A stretch of DNA of 63,186 bases, filler included, from Octopus bimaculoides (lineage: Eukaryota): assembly GCF_001194135.2 (NCBI RefSeq). It is 5 parts of 4 records of this genome, joined end to end, with 100 filler letters (N's around TTAATTAATTAA, not from the genome) between each part and the next. Parts side by side here need not be neighbours in the genome. Positions count along the whole stretch, not along the records: positions 1 to 20,441 come from NC_068984.1; 4 more parts are not named here. The stretch is one strand, 5' to 3'. Shown here in pieces: positions 1-13,594 of this stretch. Both the position numbers and the translations under genes were made by a program. The notes below the pieces were generated by a model. It was not told the origin of the DNA. It did no database searches and saw only the letters and a list, made by a program, of their open reading frames with translations. Every line of letters starts with the position of its first letter. The first letter of the stretch is position 1.

Positions 1-254
1 ACACAGTCTAGGTATTTTGAGATAAGCTCGGTGGGGCAGTTGCAGGCGGAGACGATGGGGCGGCCAGGGTTGTTCGGTTTATGGATCTTGGGGAGGAAGT
101 AAATGGTGGGGGTGCGTGGGGTGCGAACAATAAGGTTGGAGGCGGTGGCAGGGAGACGGGAGGAGAGGATGAGGTCATGGATAGTGGAGGACACAGTCTG
201 TTGGTAGCTGGGCGTGGGGTCGGAGGGCAGAGGGCGGTAGAATGAGGTATCTCC

Positions 255-780
255 GCAATAGGGGCCTTAACTCCCACATTTTTCAGCTCCATGAGCTTTA
301 TTTTTCAGGAGCAAAATCCTTTTTACAGGGTGCATAACACTGGAATTTTGGAATGTGCACATAAATATCAGATATATAAAGATGAGAATGTGTGTCTGTG
401 TGAATCCCTAAAACTTGAGAACTACACAACCAATTTCATTCCAAAGTAACACATGCCTTACTTAGGGTCCATGTAGTGTCTTAGGCCAAAAAAATTTTTA
501 ACTTCTTGCATAGTTTGAGCCCACAGCAATATCATATCTCCTTCACTATTTCAGTATTACATGTCAAAAGTGAAACAATAACATCACTCTACTGTAATGT
601 CAGATAGTTTCACTTTAACACTGAAATTATTCCACTATTTCAGTATTATGTGTCAAAAATGAAACAATAACATGTCGCTACTGTAATTTCAAATACTTTC
701 ACTTTAATACTTTCAATTTCATACTGAAACTATTAAAGTGAGACTATACTCTCACATATATACAGGCATACTATAAGACC
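255..780 (+). mobile_element. Non-autonomous interspersed repeat, possibly DINE-1/Helentron-associated (HINE)-like
   Basis: About 375-640 recurs in inverted orientation at about 1250-1485 (GT microsatellite, then ...AAAACTYGAGAACTAC...CTTAGGGTCCATG). About 255-365 recurs at 840-950. Family assignment is by resemblance only. Confidence 0.4.
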
Positions 781-1130
781 CAAGTTAAAAACATTCCCAA
801 CAATTCAACTTCTCTGGTTGACATTAACACACCCACCTCCAATAGGGGCCTTCATTCCCACATTTTAGAGCTCCATGAGCTCCATTTTTCAGGAGCAAAA
901 TCCTTTTTACAGGTTCCAGAAGACTGAAATTTTGGAATATGCACATAAAGATCAAATAGTATGGGATATATGTCTCATGATTAGAATTTTTTTAGGGTAT
1001 GTAAAGAGGGAAAGAACCCTCATGTGCAATTTTGATGAAATTCAAATCATATGTATTCCAGTTCCTTACAGAAAATATAACAGAAAAGTCTCATTTTTCA
1101 ATTGCATGTAACACGGGCAANNNNNNNNNN

Positions 1131-1185
<55 letters not shown>

Positions 1186-1249
1186 CATATATATAATAGT
1201 TAAACTGTATATATTATTATATACATAGTGAAACTTATCTCACATTACA

Positions 1250-1485
1250 ATAGAGATGTTATTGTTCCACTTTTGACACATAATACCGAAACATTCTAAG
1301 AGATTGCTCAAGCTCACATTGGGCAGGAAGTTGAAAACTGTTTTGACCAATGACACTCCATGGACCCTAAGTAGTGCATGTGTGAAATTTGAATGAAATC
1401 AGTTGGGTAGTTCTCGAGTTTTAGTGATGCACACATACAGACACACACACACACACACATTCTCAGTTTTATATATATAGATGTC
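1250..1485 (-). mobile_element. Second, inverted copy of the 255-780 repeat
   Basis: Reverse-complement similarity to 375-640, with a (CA)n tract and a TTTTATATATATAGAT end. Confidence 0.5.
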
Positions 1486-1860
1486 AAAATACACCTAAAA
1501 TATAAATAAAATACTATTTTAAAATTGTGCTTCAAAATACAACTCTTAGAGAAGCCATTATTTTCGGAACAACCTAATAGTATCGTTTGCTTTCATCAAA
1601 GCTTACATAAGGTTTCCACTATCTGATATTAGCCTAAATTTTTTTTATTAGTTTTACAATGGTCCTTTTCCTTGTGTTTCACTTGTGGAAAAGAGGAGTC
1701 AAGAAAGATTTAAAATGATGTGGTGAAGGTTATCCTGAAGATGCTGCACTTATGGAGAAGATGACAAAGGACTGTACTGACTGGCAATATGCAGTACTAC
1801 AGAAGACACATCCACCAAAGGCAAAATGCAACTTAACACAAGGGTAGTGTCTAAAAAGCT

Positions 1861-1902
<42 letters not shown>

Positions 1903-1954
1903 TACATATACAAACACACACATAAATATACAAACACACACCACCACCACCACT

Positions 1955-2635
1955 GCCACCCATGTTTCACTGCCATGTAGCATGGCTGTTCTCACACAGA
2001 CATCATACAATCACCCTTTCAGTCTTAGGGAGAGGCCCTTCTTAACTAACAAAAGCAGAAGCTCTCTGAACCTTACCCAGCCCATTATTTTTCTAGCATT
2101 TATGCTTTTAGAGCATCCTCCTCCACCGCTGACTTGGTCACCTAGGTAATGGAAGCTATCTACTACTTCTGAGTAGCATTTGAGGAAGTCTATTTGAGCA
2201 AGCATTTGAGGAAGTCTATTTTCTGTACATTCCTAGTGTTTATTGTACCTGTACATCTTCCACACACAAAGGTTACTTTCTCTGTTAACCTTCTTATATC
2301 GCTGCACTTCTTATGTCTTTGCTAAATTAACTCTAAGGCCTTTTTGATTGCAGACCTTGCTGCCTCACCTGAAGTTTCTTCTATAGTTCTGGTAATGATT
2401 CAGCTATAAGAACAAAGTCATCATCATAGAGAAGCTCCCAAGGGCAGCCTATCTTAAATTCTTCTGTTATAGCCTGGAGGACTATGATGAACAAGATAGG
2501 GTTGAGAACTGATCCTTGGTAAATTCCTACCTGTACACTGAATTTATTGTTATACTCATTGCCGACTTTCACCTTACTGCTCTCACCAACCACTTATCTA
2601 TCCCTAGTTTCTACATCTCTTTGGCCCAGCTTTAC
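1955..2635 (-). mobile_element. RTE-clade LINE reverse transcriptase fragment, degenerate
   Basis: Broken frames read GIYQGSVLNPILFIIV, WELLYDDDFVLIAES, FHYLGD and AMLHGSETW (RT QG, YADD and HGSETW motifs). Confidence 0.85.
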
Positions 2636-2926
2636 CTTCAATACACTTAAAACTTAATACTATTTCTTTTTTAGCTAGCATAGTTATTGTCACCACACAT
2701 CATATTTTTATGATGTCCAATTTCTTACAATTCAGTTTCCAAAGCACTCAATAATGTTGAGTAAGTTTTAGTTTCATGTTGATATAACCTAAAGTTGAAA
2801 ACTAATATTTGAAATTTTATGTGGCTCAAATAGGTTTTTTTGAGATGCTTTATTCAAGCTGAATATTCTTCAAAATATTGTTTTTAACAAGTATTTGCAA
2901 AACAGAAATGTATTAAAGAGACTCAC

Positions 2927-3092
2927 TTTTTTGAAGATACGTTGGGAATTTTCAACAATATCTTGGAGACGGGATACCATTTGGTTGTTACAAATTTCAC
3001 TGAGTGTGTTATGGTCATGACCCTGTTTTTTTGTAATGTTGAGTAGATTTTGCCAGCAGGTGTACATTGAGAAAAATGGCCAATGTTCTCGT
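2927..3092 (-). CDS. srGAP: SLIT-ROBO Rho GTPase-activating protein, internal F-BAR exon (exon-3 equivalent)
   Basis: Acceptor TTTTATTTTTCAG and donor AAA|GTGAGT, 166 nt, phase 2 to 0. Reads REHWPFFSMYTCWQNLLNITKKQGHDHNTLSEICNNQMVSRLQDIVENSQRIFKK, alignable by eye to vertebrate SRGAP CWNLLLNQVKRESRDHTTLSDIYLNNIIPRFVQVSEDSGRLFKK with the same exon end. Confidence 0.85.
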
Positions 3093-4571
3093 CTGAAAAA
3101 TAAAAGTTATTGCAAATTTCAAACTTTTCCATCTGTAATTTTCATTGTGAATTTTTGTAGCTTACTTTCTGGAGGAATAAAATGTTTGTAACTAATCTCA
3201 GTGATATATTAGTCAAATGATCTTAAGACATGCATGAAGTTATCACTGTCTAAACAGGTTTTTGAAATCTGCAATGTGACAATACATAAATTGATTAAAT
3301 AATGAATTTTGAAGAGGTTCATGAAAAAATAATTTTAATATATGAAAATCTGATGCAATTTTACAAATAAAACTCAAAAGACAGAAGAAACAGAATATTG
3401 ATTGAGATACCTTTTGTACTCCTCTTACATATTAGGCCTTCCTGAAGGAAAAGATTGAGTTCCATAAAGTGAATGCAAAAAATTTTGTACTTGAAATGAC
3501 ACAGGTTAGAGGCAACATAATCTTCAACAGTGAAGAAGTCAAAGGGAGAGAAATGTAAGTCTAATGAAACAGATATAGATATAGAAAATAACTTTTGCTG
3601 GAAGAAGGTAGGTGAGAGTTAAGTTTCTTAGGTGTATGTGTGTGTGTGTGTGCACGTGCATGAGCATTTTACATGCCTTTTGGCTATAACGTAGGCAAAA
3701 CACGACAGGTTTTGATCCTTTATATCTCTGTTCTTTACAAGCTTGCAGACCGCTTCTTAAAAGGTATGTCTGGGTCATCCCTTATGAGTTTTGCCAAGTA
3801 TTGTCCAGTAAATGTAAGCTTGTGATATGTGTATGTCATGAACCCACTCTGTATGAGCTGATAGCATATTCAGGAAGGCCAGTTTATTGTCTTTTTTCTT
3901 TTCAGTTGAGAACCTTCTTAAAACTCTTTCGTGGTATAACAATATTTGTGCTTCATAGTATGAAGGAGTCATCTACACATATCAGACACATCATTAGTCC
4001 AAGTAGTATCATTCCTAAAATCATTTCCTTCAAGTATTCCATGTACATTGCATCACTTAAGATAATGGTAACCCTTAGATCATACTGTTGTCAATATAGG
4101 TCACACTCCAATTTGAAGTTTGTTGTTTATACACAAAATTTCAACCTTTCTATGAGGCTGTTCAACAGGATACTGTATTGATACAATTGGGTACTAAATA
4201 CCAAGTTGAAGAATTCAATTTCAGTTTATCTCTGATGACTGTCAACTAGATGAGTAGGGCAATTTTTTAAAATCATATAAATTGCTTGATTTTAACCTTA
4301 TTTTCATTATTTTTTAACCTTATTGACAGATTTTAAATTTATTATTATTAGTAATAAATCCATAAACATAGGAAGTTTACACTAGCTTTGATTACTTTAT
4401 GATATACAAGTATCATCAAAACAAGTTTAAAAAATAACTACTGTGGAAATTTATTGTAGTACAATATGATAAAATGCTTTATATTTGTAGGCAAAAAATT
4501 TGTCTTTTACAAGGAAATTTTTCATTATCAAAAAGCTGTGTTCTACAGTAGCTGATGTCACTTGGTATTGT

Positions 4572-5130
4572 ATCATCATCACCATTTAATGTCCATTTTC
4601 TATGCTGGTATGGGTTAGATGGTTTGACTAAGAACTGGTAATCTGGGGAGCTGCACTAGGTTCCAATCTGATTTGGATGCCCTTCCTAACAGCAACCACT
4701 CCAAGAGTGTAGTGGGTGCTTTTTATGTGCCACTGGCACAGGTGCCAGTTACGGGACACCAGCATTGGTCACAACTATGATCTCTCTTAGCTTGACACGT
4801 ATTCTCATGCACGGTGTATCACCAAATGTGTCGGTCACCTGTCATGGCTTCTGTGAGGCCGAATGTTTGAAGGATGCTTTTTATGTGCCAGTCACATGGC
4901 ACTGGCCATAACTATGATTTCCCTTGGCTTGACAGGTCTTCTCAAGCACAGCACATCACCAGGTGTTCAAAGGGTGCTTTTTACATGCTAATTATGTGAC
5001 ACTGGCAGCAGCCATGACTACAATCTCACTTGACTTGATGGGTCTTCTCAAGTACAGCATATTGCCAAAAGTCTCAATCACTTGCCATTGCCCATGTGAG
5101 GCCCAACATTTGAAGATCATACTTCATCAC
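4572..5130. repeat. (CAT)n-tailed interspersed repeat family, degenerate copy
   Basis: Shares CATCATC...TCCATGCT...GGATGCCCTTCCTAAC.CAACCACT with the copies at 28.6-29.9 kb and 31.6 kb. Confidence 0.7.
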
Positions 5131-5229
5131 CTCATCCCATGTCTTCCTGGGTCTGCCTCTTCCACAGATTCCCTCCATTGTTAGAATGCAGCACTTCTTT
5201 GCACAGCTGTCTACATCCATATCAGATCT

Positions 5230-6070
5230 GCATATTCCACAGGTGAAACTTTGGGGTTCATTAGTTGAATTGGTTTGGTTTTTATCGAATCAATGTAATT
5301 CATGATTGCAACATGGGTCTTTGTTGAATTTCAATTTCTTGAGGCCTTTTGGCAGTATCGTAGATAGTGAAGGCTGTTGACTCAGTTTTCAAAATCAACT
5401 CTGCAGATAGTTTGAATAGATTTGAGTAAAGTTCTGATCTCAGGATTTAGCACAGCTTCATTTGCTCTTTGCACCAACATGTCTTCGTCCTCAAAATTCT
5501 ACAATTTTTGTAACTTCTCCAAGGTTCTTGGCATAGTAATTTCAAGCATCCAACCAGCTGCCCACCTGGTCACAATTGACTGAGGAGGAGCATCTGACTG
5601 CTTTGAATTGCTCTCAATGGTGGTTTTTACAGTAGCAGCATTGGTGGCAGCAATCAGACAATCAACTGGAGGATAAAAAGTATTTATTTTTAGAGCACAG
5701 CTGTGCAGTAGGTGAAAGAAGCAGGTTACATGGAAGAGCTTAGGGTACAAAATTTGCAATGTTTCTTTAACAGCTGCCATATACCAAGCAGCATCAAATA
5801 ATAATAGGGGAAATTTGCTCTCGGAACCACCATACTTCTTAGTGAATCATCGATGATCTGAGCAATGACTATAACAGTTAGAGCCGATTTGAGTGGCAAA
5901 CATTCTATTAAGAATGTTTTTTGAGTATTTTTAGCTGAAACAATAAGTACATTAACAATTTTTTTGTCACTAATCTCACTTTCATCAACAATTAAAAATT
6001 GCATTTTGATCAGCCAGGGAGCTCTTGCAATTTTTAACTGTGCTTGTACTAAGCATATACTCTTACTCTT
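5230..6070 (-). mobile_element. hAT-like (CGGBP1-like) DNA transposase remnant, frameshifted
   Basis: IVDESEISDKKIVNVL...ETLQILYPKLFHVTCFFHLLH split over two frames (hAT DE motif and CxxH motif). Confidence 0.65.
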
Positions 6071-6074
6071 CACT

Positions 6075-6472
6075 TGTTTCAGTCATTTGATTGCGGCCAT
6101 GCTGGAGCACCACCTTTAGTCAAACAAATTGACCCTAGGACTTATTCTTTGTAAGCCTAGTACTTATTCTATCGGACTTTTTTGCTGTACTGCTAGGTTA
6201 CAGGGACATAAACACACCAACATTGGTTGTCAAGCGATGGTTGACACACACACAAATATATAGACACACACACAGATACACAAATATATACATATATACA
6301 CATATATATGATAGGCTTCTTTCAGTTTCCATCTACCAAATCCACTCACAAGGCTTTGGTCGGCCTGAGGCTATAGTAGAAGACACTTGCCCAAAGTGCC
6401 ACACAGTGGGACTGAACCTGGAACCATGTGGCTGGTAAGCAAACTTCTTACCACACGGCCATTCTTGCGCCT
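6075..6472 (-). mobile_element. tRNA-derived SINE with internal microsatellite
   Basis: Minus-strand head with A/B-box-like GTGTGGTAAG...GGTTCAGTCCC. Homologous to 32997-33390 and 62965-63150, with partial copies near 8860-8990, 21830-21955, 37270-37430, 42860-42960 and 55720-55830. Confidence 0.75.
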
Positions 6473-8169
6473 ATCAGTATATTTTCAGCATATGTAGATT
6501 GAGATGGCAGTGGCTTACTGATAGAATCAAAGAGACTTCTCAAACTTGGATTAGTGAGCTCAATAAAATTAATAAATTTTAAAAAAATCTCTGGATGGAA
6601 GTATAAAAAAAAACGTTAAAACATGCATGTATAGGTAAAAATATTGGAGAAAGTCTGAAGTGGTGATGGAAGCGAAGTAAAAAATACAATGAAAAGCAAA
6701 ATTAAAATTTGTGATTGTTAAAAGAAGTCCACAATCAACTAAAAATAGATCCAGCAATGCAACAGTGGGAGAAAATGACTCAATGCAATTAACCTTACAT
6801 AAAAATTTACATTATAGGTAACATCAAATTTAAATGGTACATAAATATATATCAAAATGTTATTGAGAAACAAGTAGTATACTGTACATTTATGTATAGT
6901 GAAAAGAATAGCAAGAAAAAAAATTTACTTTCGATGGTAAATTTAAAATTCCTAAAGAATAGGCATTAAGAATTAAAACTGTAAGGAGATACACTTACAA
7001 TTGGATGTTAATGGATAATTCTACTCTTAAAGAGGCCTGTTTCATGAATCAGAAAAAAATGCAAATAACCAATATTAGTGGTTAATATCAATCACCAATA
7101 ACTAATATTGGTAAAAGTACCTTGAAGTCAGAAATCTGTCTTACAGAAAAACTGTACAGACATGCTAGACTTTTGTTTATGTTCAAATGACTGAATGCAC
7201 ATGGTGTCAAATAATTTTCACATCAAAGGGCAAGAGAAGTGTTAAAAATAGCTCGAAAGAGGTAGTCCAATGCAATAGCTCTACAAGGTGAAAAACTAAC
7301 AGAAATATATATCAAATGTAGATTTAATCAATACATAAAAATATATATGAATGAATTTATTAACTTTAAAAAGTGATGAATTATGATGATCATTCATAAA
7401 AAAGATTTTTATCTTTAGTTTAACCTTAAAACAAACATTTTTATGAATTTTAACTTTTTGGCAAAAAACTGTTACTGATGAGTTTGTTGTTATCAGTGTG
7501 ATAGTAAATATAAAGAACAAATTATTATTCATAACTTGTTTTATATACTATACAAGAGTAATAGCTATTCTATGCCAGAGAACTTTGGAAGTATACTTTT
7601 TCCCCCATGAGCAATATCAGAAAGTATGGCATACTTTGCAATTATTATTTAACTATTATCAAATTTCTTGGAGCTTATACAAAATAATAAACTGAATACT
7701 TAAAACAAAAATATTTATTACCTTGAAATAAAATTAGATAAAACAAATGTCACATGTATATTTGCAATAAATGTCCCACTCATGCTAGCATGGAAGGCAA
7801 ATGTTAAATGATGATGATGATATGCTATGCTATTATTTTTCTAAATTTAATTAAGACAATAGCAATCTACTCCATCAAAAAACCTATTTCTGCAAAATTT
7901 CATTAAAAAAAACACTCACACAAAGGTTATATTAGAATGAGTACATGATTCACTGATGTTCTTGCAGAAACCGCTTGCTCCTTTGGCTGCTGGTTATTGA
8001 GATATTTCAATAGTTTGGTGAGTATGATCTTTGTAAGAGGCATGATAGTTTTTCTCTCATTCTTGACTCTCTAGCCAACCCTTCCTCCTTTCCTCTCTCC
8101 TTTTTATCGCTAACACGGATGATAGCTTCTTATATCTTCATCACCTTCTTATGAAGCAAGTATTCAACT

Positions 8170-8830
8170 CTTTCCATAGCAATACTATTTTACCCTCCTT
8201 CAGATAGCGGTTGATGTGTAGAACAAGGATTTACTAACAACATCTTCACCTCTGCTCCTTAACAGCTCTATTATTACACCATCTTTTCCTGGAGTTATGT
8301 TTCTTTTCATCAGCTTCAGGGTATTTTCAAGTTCACTGACTAGAATAGGTAGCACTTCTTCTAACACTTGTGATGATGGAGGATTGAACTTCCCTAATGA
8401 TTTAAAAGAGTTAGGGTAGAAGGTTTTGCATACCTTCTCCATCTCCCTTTGTCTGTCACTGTAGGCCCGTCCTTGTTCTCAAGAGCCTACTTCTAACTTA
8501 TAAAGTGCCAGCTCTCTCTTCCATCAGCTTCCTCAATCTATAATTCTCACTGTTATTTTTTGGATGATCTTCCATGTTCCTCCTTGTAGATTTCCATTTC
8601 TCTGTCATTTTCTTCCTCTCCTGCAAGATATGTCCATCAGGTTTCCACTGGTTTGCACTTCTTGTCTTCCACATACAACTTTTAATTTTCTGGACCAGTG
8701 AATTGTCACCTACATTAATCTCTTGAAGTAAACTCACCTGATAGCATCCTGTGATATGAAGCATTGATTTTTCACCGAGATGTGCAGAGTTTATTTTTTT
8801 AACTGATTTTCCCTCTCTGTTAGGGGGCAC
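8170..8830 (-). mobile_element. RTE-like LINE remnant (endonuclease-RT linker region)
   Basis: ELENTLKLMKRNITPGKDGVIIELLRSRGE resembles the LINE KAPGxDG motif; many stops. Confidence 0.6.
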
Positions 8831-10174
8831 AAGCACTTACACACATGACGATAACTTCTGCCTAACAAATTCAATCACAAGGCTTCGGTTGGCTTGAGGC
8901 TATAACAGAAGACATTTGCCCAAGGTGTCATGCAGTGGGACTGCACTCGAAGCCGTATGGCTGGGAAGCAAGCTTCCTAACCACACAATCTTCACCTGTA
9001 GACAGCAAAGATTGCTGCTATACTGAATGGCACAATCACTGAAATGTCTTGTAATATGTGCCATTTGTTAATCAGGATGCTGTCAATTTCATTTTTGTAC
9101 TGGGTGTTTGGAGTTATTTAGGTCCATCTCCTTCCAGGATTGTTTCCTAAATAGGCTGTTCCCAATGTAGTCTTCTTGCTTCTACCACAATAACCAAGTG
9201 TTCTCCGCTTTCATTTTTCTCCCCTCATCCAAACTTTCCAACATATTTCCCTCCCTGCCAACCTTTTCCAACCATTACATTGACATCTCACATCACTATG
9301 GTGTAAGTGGATTTAGTTAAAAAAAAATGGGTGAAGACAGAAAAGAATAGCACAATAAAGAAAGAATTGGAAGTGCATTGTGACCAGTAATGTATACCAA
9401 CATCTGATAGTCTGATCGATACTGTGATGTTTCTGTGTGTATGAGTGTGAGAGAAAGAGTGGTCACTCTTGAGCGCAACTAGTAACATTTAACCTAGTAC
9501 AATCTGTTGCATGACTAGGCTATTGACAACTGAACTGGCAATACTACCAAACCTGCTTGGTGAGTAGGATATTCGGACACCCTGCAAGATGAAAAACTAG
9601 ATCCATCAAAATGCAGAGTCAATGGCCATCCAATTCCATGATATATTAAAGATATACATGTATAAATTAATAAATTTTAAAAAATCTCCGGATGGAAGTA
9701 TAAAAACATTAAAACATGCATGTATAGGTTGAAGAAAGTCTGAAGGAAGCGAAGTAAAAGATACGATGAGAAGCAAAATTAAAATTCCTGATAGTTAAAA
9801 TTAAAGTAGGGTACCAATAGCCGTTTCTGGGGAATCATTGCGGGAAAATAAAGGGATATAGTACACAGTATTTAGCAATTCCTCCTTCTTCAGGGTAACT
9901 GGTTTTCCATGGTGAATGACAAATAGTAGAGGTTAGGTTATTTCTTTCAATAAAAAAAAAAAAACTATATATATATTTAATATGGTAATTAGACCTTCAT
10001 ATGTTAAAACCAATGGGAGAATCCACCATTTTTACACACACATGTAATTTGCAAATTGACAGTTTGTTTCAAAATATAAACCAAATATTATTCGAAAATT
10101 CATGAAAATGAAAATTTGAAATGCATCGCCAGTTTGAATATACAACCAGTCATGATAATTATAATGAGGACAGC

Positions 10175-11760
10175 AATAACAGTAGCAACATAAATGACTT
10201 CAACACTCATATTGCTTCTTGGCTCTTATATTCATCCCACTAGTGCAGAAATTGAATCTTTTGCAATGCTCAACTTTCCACAAACTAGTTTCATCTTCCT
10301 ACACGCCTCCCTAACTAACACACAGATACTCTAAATACCCTTGATCTCTTTCTCACCTCTAAGTCTATAATTATCTCAGTATCGTCTACAAAACTATTCC
10401 TCTCTACTCTACTAGGTTATTACCTTGCATACAAACTAAGTATGAAAGTACATCCAGTTGCTTCAAACCATCAAAGTTACTAACCTTGACAATGTTCCTT
10501 CCTACTTTCAAGTAATGTATCATACAGTTATCCGCTATCCTCACCAAATTATTTCACTTCTCTATCTTTCTACAGAGATATATTCTGATCTTTGGAAATA
10601 GACTACAGAGTGTCTCATTCCCACTGATCCTGCAAACTGCCATCCTATCACACATCCAATATATCAAAGACAATCATTAACCACATTCTCCAACACCACA
10701 ATCTTTCTTCCTCGTTAATGACCACCAGTATGGTTCATATAAAGTCATATCTTTTGTAGACCTACATTTCCAAGTTATTCACCACTAGACTCTCTTATTG
10801 AAAAAATTTGGTAAAAGCAATGTTGTTGCCTTTGATGCCAGGAAAGATTCTGACAACAGTTGGCATGCTAATTCAACAGCCTATAAAACCCTTGTTTCTT
10901 ATCTTTTGGATGGGTGGTTTTTCTGTCAGATCACACTAGTGTAGTGTATGCTCATGGAACTCCCCGCCCTCACCTATCAATTACAGTGTTTTTGGCTTTA
11001 TCTCCTAGACAATCTCTCCTGCATAAATTTGACATATTTACATTTTATCTCCAAAAGTTCCCACATGTATGCAAATGATACTACTTTTCATCCTTCTTTA
11101 TCTTTTTCATCATCCACAAGCAACCTAAGCATCCTATGCCAAGTCTGCAATAAGACTTGAAAACATCCTCCAATAGGGCTGTGCCAATCTTGTCTCCACT
11201 AATAGTAAAAAGACACAATTGTTGTGCATTTCAAGTAAACACTATCATACCTCATCTCCACTCTAAACATGACAAGCAAGCAATCTCTAACTGCTTCAAA
11301 TGCTAAGCTTCATCATTCCTAAGGATCTCTTCTAGCAACCAAGACTGCATCATAGGAAGCTCAAGTGAGACACATAATAGGATACTGTTCCTACAGCTGG
11401 AATAATGCTGCTGCTATACTGACAGTGTAGACTACATCCAAAGAATGGTTACTCAACTGATTGACATGAAGTTGCTCGAAACATGCTCCAACCTCTGTTG
11501 TCTTATTTCTTTGCTTTTTCTACCACAACCTTTGAACTAGCTTGTCTCATACTAACTCTACTCCTAACTCACTCATCTCTTCTTTAGTCAACCATGTTGT
11601 AGTACCTCTCATTTGTACCCAGGCTTTACTCCCTAAAATAGCAGCTCTTTGAAATGCCCACCACACACAAATTTTCCCTCTCATTATCCACTTATAACAG
11701 TTCAAGTGGATGGCATCAATCACAAGTCTCAGGGGTTCCTCAAAGGCTATGGGTGCAGCA
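10175..11760 (+). mobile_element. Old CR1/L2/Jockey-group LINE remnant
   Basis: Degenerate NDFNTH..WL (APE motif), VVAFDARKD...WH (LDISKAFDRVWH-like) and MYANDTTF (YADD-like). Confidence 0.6.
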
Positions 11761-13364
11761 TCTTCCTCCAAACCAAACCATGAAGGCTACTCTACTGAAA
11801 ACTATTTTCCTAAGAAAACTGAGCCTTTCTTATATATTAATAAACAATGTAATACTAAAATTTCTAAATTGCTGCAAATGCTAAGCTTTACAATTTCTAT
11901 TAAGCTACAATAGTGACCATACATCTATAGCAAGGCCAAAACTATATTGCAAAGATTAAGCTATTTCTCAGGCAAAGAAAATATGGCAGTCTTGACCAAT
12001 TTGCATAGCACATTTAACACCCACATTAAAGTACACTGTTCACATTCCTGGGACATTATTGCTGCTACACATACACACAAAAATCTTAAATCACAGCCCA
12101 CCACTGTAACCCTCACCAACATACTACAACCACTAAGCTACATATAGATGCACTATTTCTTCTTTTGTTTTTATAACTTATACTTCTTTGAACTATCAAG
12201 TTGCATACCACTTCCACCTAGACTCACACAATATAATAACTGCCTCCCTTCCTAGTCATTCAGGAGGAAGAGAAGCAGCAGCAGCATCACTGAACACATT
12301 GCTTTCTTATCCCAAACTTTCTTCATGTCCAAGTTTTATTACAAACATCAATCTGTATAAGTGCAATCAGATTCCACCATTTTAAAAGGGATTGCAAAGG
12401 TCCTCTAAGTTTTAAAAGATGCAAGGTAAATAATCATTCTTAAATATATTTATTTCTATAGGTCTCAAATAAATACTATGAACTAAATCCACAAGAAATC
12501 TAAAGAAATATCTCTGAGTATCTACTCAGAGACATTTAGATAAAATTACATTTATTTAGACACATTACAAGCATGAATCTAAGAAGCATCTTCAAATTAC
12601 ACAAATTAATAGTGACCATTGTATATTGGTTGCCTATTTTTCATGTTCTTGGAAAGGAAACATTTTGACAATTTTAAAAATATTTATATAAAGCCTATTT
12701 TGTTACATGAAACAGTCAATTTTGCAGTATTTTCAGACCTAGCTAAATCCAAAAGTACAAGCCATAGGAACTTGAGTTCAGGCACATTTATAGTAGGTAT
12801 AGAACTAAATAAATCCTGAGATTTTGGGACATGACAATATTTCAATAAAATTTTAATGGACTATTAATAATGGCAATAAATGGCAGAGCTTCAGATCAGG
12901 ATGCCCGTGTAAGTTGGATTTTCTCCATTTTGACAGGGACTTTTCCAATTTTTTTCATCATGGAAATGGGCCAATACTTTTGGCCAATTTTCTTTTGTAC
13001 CATGCACTTAAAAATGATTATTTTCAAATGAAAAAGTGTATGATCTTTGGGAGATTTAGCTGTTGTTTATAGCATATCCTATGACCACAGGTACCTTTCA
13101 CAGAATTGCATATAGACCTAGATTAACAAACAAACAAAATCTGAAAACCAATTCTTTGCTCTACCATTAAAAGCGTAACTTAAAATCATTAAAAACGTCT
13201 GTAACTTACAGCAAACTCATTAGTAGGAGAGAGAGAGAGAGAGAGAAAAAAAAACTCAAACAAATATGTAAACACTATCAAATTATCCGACTGTATTTAA
13301 AATCAGAAAACAAAAATACATCTGACTTTGATAGTTTACAAAATATTATTTATTGCACAATATA

Positions 13365-13594
13365 ATTTTTACATTATTTACATTTGATGGATATTTGTCT
13401 TCATTTTGTTCGTTGTTAACACAATGTTTTGGCTGATATACCCTCCCAGCCTTCGTCAGGTGTCTTGGGGAAATTTCGAACCTGGGTTCTCATTCTTAAG
13501 GTATTTTTCGATATTATTATTATTACTCAGGTCACTGCCTGAAATCAAACTTGGAATCTTGGGGTTAGTAGCTTGCGCTCTTAACCCCTATGCC
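13365..13594 (-). mobile_element. tRNA-headed SINE with decayed hammerhead motif (copy 1)
   Basis: Homologous to 17418-17660. Hammerhead core reads CTGACGA-A-GGCTG...CAGCC-AAAAC-ATT, with two C-to-T changes at plus-strand CpGs. Confidence 0.8.

Noticed and set aside
8-292. Pro/Ser-rich 94-aa ORF on minus
   Set aside because: Low-complexity G-rich sequence contiguous with a repeat; no domain and no convincing splice sites.
6999-7279. Two minus-strand exon-like units (about 6999-7036 and 7120-7279) in the srGAP intron
   Set aside because: The larger unit has stops in all frames, and neither resembles srGAP exon 2.
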